Source of the DNA: Raillietiella orientalis
Lineage: Eukaryota
Length of the DNA: 64,000 nucleotides
Direction of reading: 5' to 3'
NCBI GenBank assembly: GCA_036172245.1
Contig: JAYWIR010000008.1
Coordinates: forward strand, 682,001 to 746,000
Under the pieces are notes generated by a model, which was not told where the DNA came from, ran no database searches, and saw only the letters and a program-made list of their open reading frames with translations. The translations under genes were made by a program, and so were the position numbers. Shown here piece by piece: positions 12,701-23,700 of this stretch; position 1 is the first letter of the stretch, and every line of letters begins with the position of its first letter.

Positions 12701-14899
12701 CCGGAAGGCACTTGGCATGCCAAGTCCAGCACGAAGCTTCAATCTTCCAAAAACTTTACTGTTTGCGCGTTGTAAATTAAGTCAGAGATGAACCAATCTT
12801 CTCACTTCCACTCTCCTTTGGATGCTGCACTCTGAGGACTGCGTCAGGTCGTCATAAATGCAAATCATTATATTGATGATTGCAAATATAGAATTCCCTT
12901 GTACACCACGGCTCCCCCAACCACGATGCAATTTCTCCAGTGCATCACGGACGGAATTTCTTTGCGGGTTTTTTTTTTTTTTTTTTGGCGTGCGTATATC
13001 CATATGGCCATTTAAACCTGGGATCGAGTACTGTTTGTATACGTCCTGATTTTGTCTTGTTGCTGCTATCTCAATTTCGCCGATTTTATTTCTTGCTGCT
13101 AAATTCTCGATGTGTCATTCCGAATGCTGATTCAAAATTCCAGGGAACCTGAAAAGTGAACCTTGGTGAAGAACGTAGATGGACTTCGGGGGAAGGGGCA
13201 AGCAAAACAGAAACAAGCAAATGGATGAGCAATGAGAAAGGATGGCTTTCATTTTCAAAGAAATCATTTCAGAACGTCAAAGATCGTTAAAAGTTGAGGG
13301 AAAAATAATGAGGTTTTCTTTTTTTTTTTCTGCCACAATCCTTTCGCTTTCGGAAAACAAGGGGCAATTTACTGTAGATGAACAAAAGATTCCTATTGCC
13401 TTTCGAACAATTCAATAGCTGCAAGCCGCCAAATACAACAGTTGTATTTGTAGCAAACGAAATTACTTACAGTATCCATCATAACACATTTAGAATATTT
13501 TGTAAAAATATCAATTACAAAGATGCAGAAGTCTTTGCAATTTTATTATGTCTAACTTTGCAAAGTTGATAAAGAACTGTGATATAATGATAGTGAGAGT
13601 TTTAACCATGCATATGCAACGTCGATTAGAGGAATACAACACTTTAGCTGAAAACAATACAGACAGAACAGATCTTGTACACAACACGGAACCAAGTCTG
13701 CAGTTCAAACCTCTAAGCATAGCAATATGCTATCTTTGGTAATTTAGGCCGGAAAGGAGCCGAAAACTGCTGTATTTGTATCAGCACAACCATGAAATGT
13801 TTGTATAGCTACCGTATCTAACCACAACGAGGGCAAGTGGCACCATACTAAAGAATCCCGTGGATGAGGTGGTCTAACCACCATACGCTGAGGAAAGGTA
13901 ATGTTTAAAAAAACATTTGAAATGTTAAAAAAACAAAATGGGAAGATGGATAGGACGGCGACATTTTATAGTTTTAGAAAACAGAAAATCCCCAACTGTA
14001 GAGGGAGAATTGAAAGCCCTGCTTATTAAGCAGATTCCTTTCTACTGAGTGGTAGTGGCCTCCTACTTTGGAAACTAAAGACGAACCAGAACTGCAACAG
14101 CATTCTGGCATTGTTTTCATGCTAGAAGCTAACCGTTTGCTTTGATTCCTACTGAATGAATTTTCTTTTCCCTTTTTTTGGTTTCACCCTTGGCAGGAAT
14201 CCATTGACAACGATTTGCTAACCTGAGCAATCTTCAAGATTCAGCAAGCATCCAACTCAACGCACCAAGTGCCTTCCGATCCAGTTAAGAAGGCAAAAGG
14301 AAGAAAGAAAGGAAAGACAAACAAATGTGCATTCATTGGTCCCGAAATGTTATTTATTATTTTTTTCGGCTGACCATTTAAAAAAAAAAAAAAAACGCAG
14401 TCTATTTTTGCTAACGGTTTCCACTTTCTTAATTGCAAGGGAATCACCCTACCGTGCCATACTTACTTTAGCACATGTTTTTTTCTTTTTTTTTTCCTGA
14501 CTGCCTTTCCTGCGCAAGTCTCCATTTCATCGAGCATTAATGTACAAAGTTCAGCGCGGATTTAAACCAACTTTGTGCTCAAAGTCAAAGCTGAACACTG
14601 GTGACTGAGATGGATATGTCGTTCACCACACAAAACCCAAAACACCCGAGTGCGATCTTCTGGATCTTTTCTCAAAAAGTTTGGCATAAGTCATCCGATC
14701 TGTTTCCCCTCGGAGCTGCAGAAATCGAAGGTGATTTCTAAAAAGGAATGCAGACCGCGCACCTACTTCCAGTGGTGCAGAGCATGCTCAAGTCTGCATC
14801 CTGGAGGTTCTGTGCACTTTGACATGGAAGACTCCAAGGGTGGGAAAAGCAGGATGAAATAATACTGCGCCACGAGCACAAAACAAAGAATTTCCCCGG

Positions 14900-15240
14900 A
14901 GTACCTAGCAGGGTCCAGCAGGCTGCAAGAGAAGTGCGCAGGACTGCAGGCTTGCCTGCAGCCTGCTGGACACACCTAGATGTTCCTGCACATCAACATG
15001 TGCCATCGCGCCCCAGCTGGACCTCGGCTTCGTGGGGAGCACTCCCAGTGTTGCATAGTGCATAAACTGGTAGTTGCTGGACTCGTGGGATGCAGTCGCC
15101 TGGTGGGCGGATCGCTGGCAACATCTTGAAACCACCGGGCGGAAACATCCGAACCTGTTATGGCAGCATACCCAAGGAGCACATTTTTCAAACCAATGGT
15201 GTGCAAGAGGCATTGCCAATGGCCAGGTTGGCAAAAACTG
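14900..15240 (-). mobile_element. Possible degenerate fragment of an R2/NeSL-type (RLE) non-LTR retrotransposon C-terminal region
   Basis: A GC-richer patch in AT-rich DNA. Frameshifted minus-strand pieces HWQCLLHT...W, NYQFMHYATLGVLPTKPRSS and CPAGCRQACSPAH resemble the R2 linker and CRAGC...AHILQ-C zinc-finger pattern. The resemblance is by eye only. Confidence 0.3.
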
Positions 15241-17595
15241 TTGCGGTAGTTAATTGGTTTCACTGTTACCAATCTACTTTCACTACAAGATTTCCTTGGT
15301 TTCATGTTAGGACTGCATTGGTACACCTGTCCGAGCCTTATTTTCTTCAACATCAAGTCAATTTGACGGATCGTTGCATAAATAACCACTACTGGGATTA
15401 ATTTACTCAGTCTCATGCCTTCTTCCTCTGAATTCTTAGTTCACAACACTCATAGTCTGCAGGTATTCAAACTCCCTTAAAGAACGCGATGTATTTGTTT
15501 ATTGGTTCACAAGTAATTTTATTGCATCATTGGGTAGCAGGAGCTATTTTAGAAATGTATGAAGTGCACAGATGCCTCAGCATTCTAGGATAGCACATCA
15601 CATATTTTCCTCTTTCTGAGGTTTCAGATATCAAAAACATGAAAACATATAGCATAAACAAACTCAAAAACATATCTCCTCTCCCCAAGTCATACAATTC
15701 CACCTGTTACCTATTCCTGTGCCCTGTCAATTACATTCCAATCCAACAAATACTTTCAAAGCCTGCCTTGAAAGTGAAGGTACAGATTGCTAATTAAGTA
15801 TATACTTAACTGGCACGGCTGTGCATTTAAAAGTTTGATTATAATCAAAAAACCAAACAAGGAAAACGAAGAAAATACCTATTGACTTGTTTGCATGTCA
15901 AGACACTACTTGGTCTGAAGTCATGAGCTGAACAGCAGTACCTGATTATCAAACCTCAACTCAAAAAACTTAAGTTTCTATGTGTATGATTCCAAATTCC
16001 ACACAAGAAAAGCCTCACCTTCCCAACAGCTTTCTATTCGAAACCACCATGCATGATGAAAAGATTATAATACTGTACACATATATATTAGGGAAATAAT
16101 GTAATTTAAACCAAAACTGTCCATATGCCAAGACAACCTTTCTCACAATAAATCCAAATGATTAGTGATGCATTAATTTCTCAGTCATATGCATGACTTG
16201 AAAATTTTTCAAACCTTCTCTCTTTACGTGGCTGCCCTTCTCAATTTTTTACAGTACCTTGTCAACATCATGAGCTGTCAATATTGTAAAATAATAAAAC
16301 ACTCCATTAATAAAACAAGCATTAAATGTTTGTGGAAGGTTTGTTTGCTGCTTGTATTTGTTGTCTCTTTTGAACAATTGTTTATTTTCCAAATATACTC
16401 AATGAAGGCCATGTACTTGGGGGAAATTACACACATGATGCTATATGAAAAGCTTCCAGTACACAAAAATCTAACTCAAGTACTTGTACACAAGAAACAT
16501 AACAATTTGGTATGAAGTTCACAGCACAATTTCAGTATCATTTTCAACTGTAAACATGCAAACAATCTGAGTTTTTATGTTGTATGCTGCATTAGCTATC
16601 TACAAGATACTCAGATTCAAAAACATCATTCGAGTTTCAAGATTCCTTGAATTTGAAAATCAAAAATGAAATCGCCTTGGATACCATAATATATATAGTT
16701 AAAATCTTATCAACATGCAGATAATACCTGAACAGTAATTATTCAGTTCACTGTCTTAAATAATGATTTCAATACATAATAATTAGGAAAGAAATTGCAA
16801 GAATTACATTCACATGAGATAATTGAATAATGTCACAGGTTTCATGCATAAACAAACTGTTTGCCACTGCTACATCAAGCATGACAGTTCCCTGATAGTA
16901 CCAACATAAGACTACATACAGCATCATGCATGCTACTTAGATGATCACTGTCAACCATGTGAGTGAGATCATGTGCTTGAAGATCCATTAGGAGTGCCAC
17001 TTGTCATCCAGATTCAGACTGAAATGCAATCAAGATGCAAGTACTAAATAAAATAAAGTCAACTAACTCCACTCTCTTTTTAATAAAATTGTCTTTAATG
17101 GATGCTCCAACGATTTTTCTTACTCAGTTTATTTTTTATCTTATTTGTGGTGGATCTCTTTGCTGTTGCTTAAGGGCAAGAAAATCACAAATTCATAATT
17201 TTGCTCTGGATGCACAAACATTACTTGCATAATTAGAGCCCAACATATACAAAAACAAGGATAATCATTACATCTAAACTGGTCTCTAATCTCGTTAAGC
17301 ATCTGAGCCAATAGTTTTGAAATAGTAGCACTAACTGATAATCAGAAGAGGAATCTGTTTCTGTGGGAAGTAACCACTACACCAAATTCAGTGCAAAAAA
17401 CACCAAGAATAACAATTACACTTTCAATTCCAAATTTTTTAAATGAGGTAAAAAACAAGGTTTGTTAACAAAAACGTAAAGTTTTTCTATAATTTAATGT
17501 GCATACAATTGTACATGCTTTGAACAAATTCATGCACAAAATCTGAAGTTTTCATAAAAACAGATATAGAAATTGACCAACAGTAAGGCTGTCAA

Positions 17596-19338
17596 TCAGA
17601 GCTTGAGCACCGAAGGAAGAGGTATCTTGGCCACTTCAAAAAATACGCTGAAGAAAACACCAATGCAGTAAGGTGACAAAAAAATACCAACTCACCGATG
17701 AGAGTATTTGGAATAAATAACATGCAAATTTTCCTTAGGTGGTTGAGACAGCATGAGATATAGATTGTGACAGAGATCAAAAATATCATCTAGGCTGTAG
17801 GAGGAATAATATTTCAAATTGCTGGACCAGCTACCCAAATCCAGCATTTGCATAGCTAGCAACAGAGCTGCTGCCGCCAACTGAGACCCTCGCACATCCA
17901 CAAAATCATATTCCAAAAGAGTGAGCTCCAAGATGTATCTCGCCAAAGTTAAAGTCTTTATGTCAAATCTGGCACACTAAATTGGAAAAATTGAGAACCT
18001 ATATTTACTGGCACTCACTCTAGCATAGCGTCGGAGAAATTCATAAGAGACAGGAATATTGAGCTGGAAATCCATGACCTGGAGCATCAGTAATTCCATA
18101 TCTAGCAGCTCCTTCTTAGTGTATCCATCATCACAAATGTACAAGAAGTCCTTAGCAGGTGGTGGAAGTCTTTCCTGAGCAAGCAGTTCCAACTCAAATA
18201 TAGCCAGTTTCAAATGCCAAACCTCAAACTTGCAGGCCAGCATCAATGCTGCTGAACCCACCAATTGGAGAGTTGTTCTGTTGACCAGAGAATGGGACAA
18301 GTACAAATCAACCAATTTGACAGCTACATATAATGTTTCATGATTGAGCTCAAAGTTCTCCTGAATTTCTACCATCCAATCAACTAAGATTGCTCTCATT
18401 TCTTTTGTAATATACCTCTGTTTATGCATATATTTATCCACATGGAAGTGTTCCTGAGGAGAATACTGACAAACAACAACTCCCCAACTTACTTCACGCT
18501 GCCGATAATACTGAAATATCTCCATAGCATATTCTGATACTTGCGTTGGATCATTAGCATTCTGTGCATCATATTCTGTATCAATTGAATCATCGTTTGA
18601 ACTGCATCCTGCAACAATGGAGTCATCTTTTGAATCAAGTGAATCTTCTGGTGTTATATCTAGCTCAACTGATTTGGTATCAGAGCACACTTTCCAATTT
18701 TGAAAAGGTAAACTAAAAAACAGGTACTGCATCATCATGCAAGAATTTTAAATACATTCCTAAGTTCAATACTACGATAATCACGTACGTTTGTAAAGGG
18801 CTATCTGTCTCAGATGAACTGTGAGAATTTCTGAATGCTTCTGATGATGTCTCTTTGGGAAAGAGAGTCTGGTCTACTGATTTAAAGCTGGTTTTGATAC
18901 TGTGAAGCAAAACATCATCAAAATTACTTGAATCCCTGCACACATTTATAGCCTGCAATCCACAAACCAATAATTAATTTTTTGTTAGAGATTCCAGAAA
19001 CCTTAGTATTTCAACCAATGATGGTCTCTGTAAAGTCAAAACAACAATGATAAAAGTACCTATTTCTGAAAAGCTGATCAAGAAAATGCAAATTTGAAAA
19101 CTTAGCAACTGCAACCCAACATTAAAGCTTAAAGCAACTACACATTACATACATTTGTAATATCACCACATGCTGCTCGCTTCTTCAGTAAGGGTACATT
19201 AGGAGCGTCACTCAGAATTTGTTTCTCCTTGATTTTGTTTTCGGGTAAATTTAAGAAAGACTGTTTAATGTCGCTCGAAACCTTAAGTAACTTGCACGAT
19301 TTAAAAACCCCGATTTTTTTCGATTTTACTGGAGGCAT
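17596..19338 (-). CDS. CCNB3: G2/mitotic cyclin B3, 429 aa; complement(join(17596..17647,17696..17976,18019..18174,18223..18453,18493..18712,18789..18952,19153..19338))
   Basis: D-box RAACGDITN; DPTQVSEYAMEIFQY; cyclin box MRAILVDWMVEIQENFELNHETLYVAVKLVDLYL (QENFELNHETLY is cyclin B3-type); LQLVG...ACKFE/ERLPP...DFLYICDD; TLTLARYILE; C-terminal KYSH/RVFFEVAK. Six GT-AG introns (200, 76, 39, 48, 42, 48 nt) give an open 1290-nt frame. The exon 1-2 and exon 2-3 junctions lie in a poorly conserved region and are less certain. Confidence 0.95.
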
Positions 19339-19789
19339 ATTATGAGTTCAACCACATGAATAGTGTTCACTTTCACAAGACTAGGATACAAAAAATTCTA
19401 CTTTCATACCAATGAATCTAAAATAATATACTGAAAGTACTTCTTTTTTTTCTTTTTTTTCAAAACTATTTGGCACAAATAAAATTGCAAATTTTTGATA
19501 ATAAGGGCTCGTTTCTTTTATTGCTTTTTTTTAAATGGATATAGAAGCACATAACAGCCGCTTGATAATCACTGGAATAAAAAAACACACGACTGTTAAA
19601 TTTTCATCTACAATTGACGAATGTGAGGCCAACAAATCAAAACATGCATTACATTATTCCATGAGTTGGATTAACATCCTTCTCAGAAGCACAAAAAGCA
19701 AATCCCAACATACAATGCTCAATCAAATCTCAACCATCTTCCTATGGCTGGAAGCCGACACAAGAAATATGCAGTAATCTTCACGCTTT

Positions 19790-19862
19790 ATTGGGACTTC
19801 AACGATATTTAAATGTGTAACTTTAAAATTTGCTTAAAATCCGTTAAAATGTCAACGATTGG
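19790..19862 (-). promoter_or_regulatory. Putative cyclin B3 promoter (CCAAT, MYB and CHR-like motifs)
   Basis: On the minus strand: CCAAT 19858-19862, TAACGG 19841-19846, TTTAAA 19822-19827 and 19808-19813, and a second CCAAT at 19790-19794. A plausible 5'UTR intron 19381..19713 (GTATGT ... TTTTTGTATCCTAG) links this region to the ATG exon. CpG is locally higher than in the gene body. Confidence 0.4.
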
Positions 19863-20569
19863 TTCTTTTTTGTGACGTTTATTCGTGGATGCCAAATGCT
19901 TTTTGCCCAAGGTTTTTGTTGTAAGGATGAAAACATACTTTTCGTGTTTCCATAAATAATAGATTATTTAGATACTTTTGCACATAGAAAATATTTATAT
20001 TACAATATCAATAGTAATAGTACCAGTGAATGATAAGTAATATTTTTTTAAAAAAACCTTAGACGTAAGATCGTTCCCGAATTTCATGTTAGAACTCAAT
20101 TACGAAAGACAAAGACTTTCCTTTGAAAGTGTTTTCTTTCGCATTTCAAATAACTTAATAAGATCAAAGAAATGGTTTTCTGATATTCTTCATGAATGTC
20201 TATTTGGAAGCAATCTTAATAAACGGTCCCTTTATTGCATAAACACTTATCTTTGAATTAAATGCACAATTAATTTATCACCCGTGAGTCGAGTTTGTTG
20301 GCATTGGACTCGTTTTGTCTTATAATATGAATATTCAGCATTATCATATCGTGTAATCGAAATACCGATCTGAATAAAGAGTGACTTCTATTTTGTGATT
20401 CTACTTCCCATCGTTTCACGGGTAAAACTTAGCTTCAGTGCTTATGCACAACGGCTTAATTTTAGCGGTTATCGGACATGCAGTTCAAGATCTACTACTC
20501 CCCGCATCCATCCGTAATGAAGATCATTCTTTCTTGGAATTCGCAGAACGCAGTGAGAACGGAGAAATT

Positions 20570-20771
20570 CCCCTAAACATAAAATTAAAAATTTTATTCC
20601 ATTAGAATTCTGAGATACTCTTCCTACTGACAACTCCATCCACCCCTTATCAATTATCCCCCTAACTATACTAACATGCATTAACCAATCTCTTAATATA
20701 AACCCTCTCATCAACTTCAAACCCCTAATAATCATTATAATACCTTCTCAACCCCTAAACATAAAATTCAT
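20570..20771 (-). pseudogene. nad5: Probable NUMT: fragment of mitochondrial NADH dehydrogenase subunit 5 C-terminus, flanked by 17-bp direct repeats
   Basis: The strand skew is extreme (5 G versus roughly 60 C on + over ~200 nt). The minus strand is open in the invertebrate mitochondrial code (TGA=W at 20748-20750): MNFMFSGWEGIMMIISGLKLMSGFMLSDWLMHVSMVSGMIDKGWMELSVGSVSQNSNGMKFLIL, containing the ND5 DxGWxE motif (20634-20651). CCCCTAAACATAAAATT occurs at 20570-20586 and 20752-20768. Confidence 0.72.
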
Positions 20772-23700
20772 TGGAATATCCTTCTTCCATAGGAAGTTCC
20801 ATTCTTTCATGGCATCTTGGATGGTTTTTCGCTTACCGGTTATTCGGCTTTATTCGAAACCTGTGAGACTCCATCCGGGGACGAACCACCGTTATACCGG
20901 TTATGTGGGGAGGGGAGCCTTTCATTGGCTTGTGCATGAGCTTGTGTATTTTGCCGCTCTTGCCTGAGCAGGCAGGAGCAGCAAAGGATTTAAGAGTCTC
21001 CTTCCTACAAAGATGGAACCTGAAGCATGTAAAGGCCAGGAGCTGTAACTTTGCGGAGAAGGAGGACTGGATCAACACAGAGAGATGAGAATTCCAAAGT
21101 GTGCTCTTCTCCATTACCTCTCACACAGGAGCGTTCGTCCACTGCTCCTGTTTGAATAAGAAGGAAGGAATGGAGATCTGCGATATGACCGTGGAGAAGA
21201 TGCTGGAAGAGGAAACGTGCTGGAGACTTGCTTGTCTGAGGAACTCCTTGCCCCTCGTTCCAGAGGCGTCAGGAGGAGGAGAGGTCCTGAGCGCAGGATG
21301 GCCCACGCTACCTACCTCTTCATTTGCACCTGCAGTCCTAGGGAAGTACTCGAACTTGAGCGAAAGCCAAGCATGGGGTACTCCACACTCCTTCCCCTAC
21401 ACTTGCACGCGTCAAAGGCCGATAAGCGCACGCGCACGCGAGGGTGCGTTTGGCTTCTCAAGGACCAGACATACCAGAAAGCAGTGACGTTACCGGAGTC
21501 CAGCCCTGCACCTAGGAAATACCGAGCCTTAAGGGATGCTCGAAGCAGCCCAGGAAGATCCCAAGGGAACTGTAGGGTTGGGGTGGGGTGGAATGGGGAC
21601 GTAGGCTAGAATTACCGAAGAATTCCCCTTCATGCCTCATTGGGCGTTGGAAGCGTGCCATTTTTCCCCTCTGACCCACGCGATCTTCCGCGACCCAACA
21701 GCCCTCTGGGTTTTTCCCTGTCTGCTGGCTCGCGCGAGGGGGGAGCCGCAGCTCTCCTTCTTGGGTGTATCCGCACGCATGCCCTTCAGGGAGGACTCTG
21801 CTGAGTTCGGGAATGGAGCCGTCCCTCTGCTGCTATGCAAGCGACGCGGGAAGGCGAGTCGTCTCAGGTTCGGGGGAGGAGGAAATGTCCTCCCCCGAAT
21901 CATTCACGCCCCCGGGGCAGATGCCCCAAAGGGGGCGCCAGAAATCACCCTCAGAGGCTCTACCCCTAGATCTCTTTCCGACAGTCGAGTGTTCAGGAGG
22001 GGAGCTCCGCGGAGGGAGGAGGATGAGAGGGAAAAACGGTTTCCAAAGCCCTTCTAAGAAATGCTCGGCCCGTTGTCCTCTCCCGGTGCTCCCAGGGTGC
22101 ACGAATCCGAACTCACTTGAAAGGAAGAAGGAGAGAGAAGGAGGGCAAAAGGAAAGGGAGAGATGAAAAAAAAATCTCCTCCTCCTCTTCTTCCTTCGTT
22201 TCTGCTCCTGCTCCTCAGTTCGCCAGAGTCCTTGCCGGATGGCTCCCCGAATGCGAACTACTCCAGGAGGCGGAGGAGGAGGGAAAACTGGACAGGATGC
22301 CCGAAGAGGATGAGGGATAAAAATAAGGGGGGGGGACATCGGGAAGGGAATCCCTTCTTCTCTCCTGCTCGCGAGTCACGCAGATCTAACGATCGAATCG
22401 CCGGCAACGGCTGCCGCGCGACCAATTCGCGTTCCTACCGGCACTCCTCTCCCAGTGGAAGGCCAAGGTCTAAGAGCTCCAAGTCAACAGATGAGGAGGG
22501 AGAGTGGGCGGATCGATGGGTGGGTCTCTTTCCTTCCTCCGGAACGCTCCGTCCCGCATGAATTCAGATCGATTGATCGCGGTGCGCTCTCTCTCCTGTG
22601 CTGCGGAGAAAAGAGGAAGCTTATGGGGTTCCGGTAAACTCCGTCTGATGTCGCTGCTCTCCTCGGGGAAATCGGCTCGGCGGGCATCACGGCTGTGGCC
22701 GAAGGGGTGGAGGTGCTGCTGATGGTGATGGGGAGATGAGAGAGAGAGCGTTGACAGTTATGGAGATTCTGGAGAGAAGATGGTAAGGGAACGGTAGCGG
22801 GGTAAGGATGAGCCAGTTGGTTTTCACGCAGGCCAATGGGGCAGGAAGGACGAGTCCCTCCTCTCTGGACTTGTGAGATCCTTGAGGGCTCTTTACAGAG
22901 GTAGGGGAAGTGGGACGGAGTAGGGTGGGCGAGGTCGGCTGTTGTCATTTCTCATCGAGCAGATCCGCGGCCTCCCTCCTCACCCTTTCTCGGACCGTCA
23001 TCTGAGCAGCAGAGCTTTCTCCAATCACCACCAGATGCTGTTGCGGAGCTCACATGCGCGCCGATGGGAAGGGAAAGGGAACGAGTGTCCACTGCCTGTG
23101 CGGACGCGCCTCCCTGGAAACAGGGGAGGGGAGCCCTTCTCTGCACACTGGGGTTCGCTCACTCGTCCCTTTTTCCCCTCCTCCCTCCCTCCCCTTTTTC
23201 TTCTGAGTAGGCTCCACGAAACTCGCGCGCTCTTCCTGCCCCCCTACACGGCCCGAACGGTTAGCGTCGACCCCCCCCCCCCCCATCATCCCCGAAGACT
23301 TCATTCTTGCCCTGAGGGCTTATCCCGAGGGCGGGAGAAAGCAAGACTCGCTACCCTGCGGTAGGAGCTCTGGATCAGCGTCCCGGCTCCACCCCAGGAG
23401 CGCCCGGCTCCAGCCGCCATTGCTGCAGAGCCTCCAGCGAGCTCTCTTGGTGAGTCGGGGAGGGACGCCGGCAGCTCGGGAACGCGGGAAGCCCTTTGTC
23501 TGCCCCTCCTCTTCCCAGGGACCACCGCACCACCGAACGCTCTGGAGCAGAGCGGACTCCAGCCATCTTTGGCGTCATTGCTAGGGCACAGGGAGAGGGC
23601 CGGAGGAGGTTACCGAGGGAGAGGGGGTGCTAGGCCCTCACATCGGGACGACTTGGAGAATACGCTCGAGGGCTACAGAAGGTAACGAAGGGGAGGGGAA

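Noticed and set aside
4411..14653. Exact 16-mer CAAAACACCCGAGTGC at 4411-4426 and 14638-14653
   Set aside because: About one 16-mer match is expected by chance in 64 kb and the flanking similarity is only suggestive.
16940..16986. bantam/miR-80-like sequence TGAGATCATGTG in a small hairpin
   Set aside because: Only the seed region matches and the 5' arm pairs poorly. As a target site it lies beyond the first minus-strand AATAAA I found for cyclin B3 (17128-17133).
18975..19110. Candidate extra micro-exons in cyclin B3 intron 1
   Set aside because: The AG/GT combinations I tried introduce stops or frameshifts, while direct splicing 19153 to 18952 is in frame.
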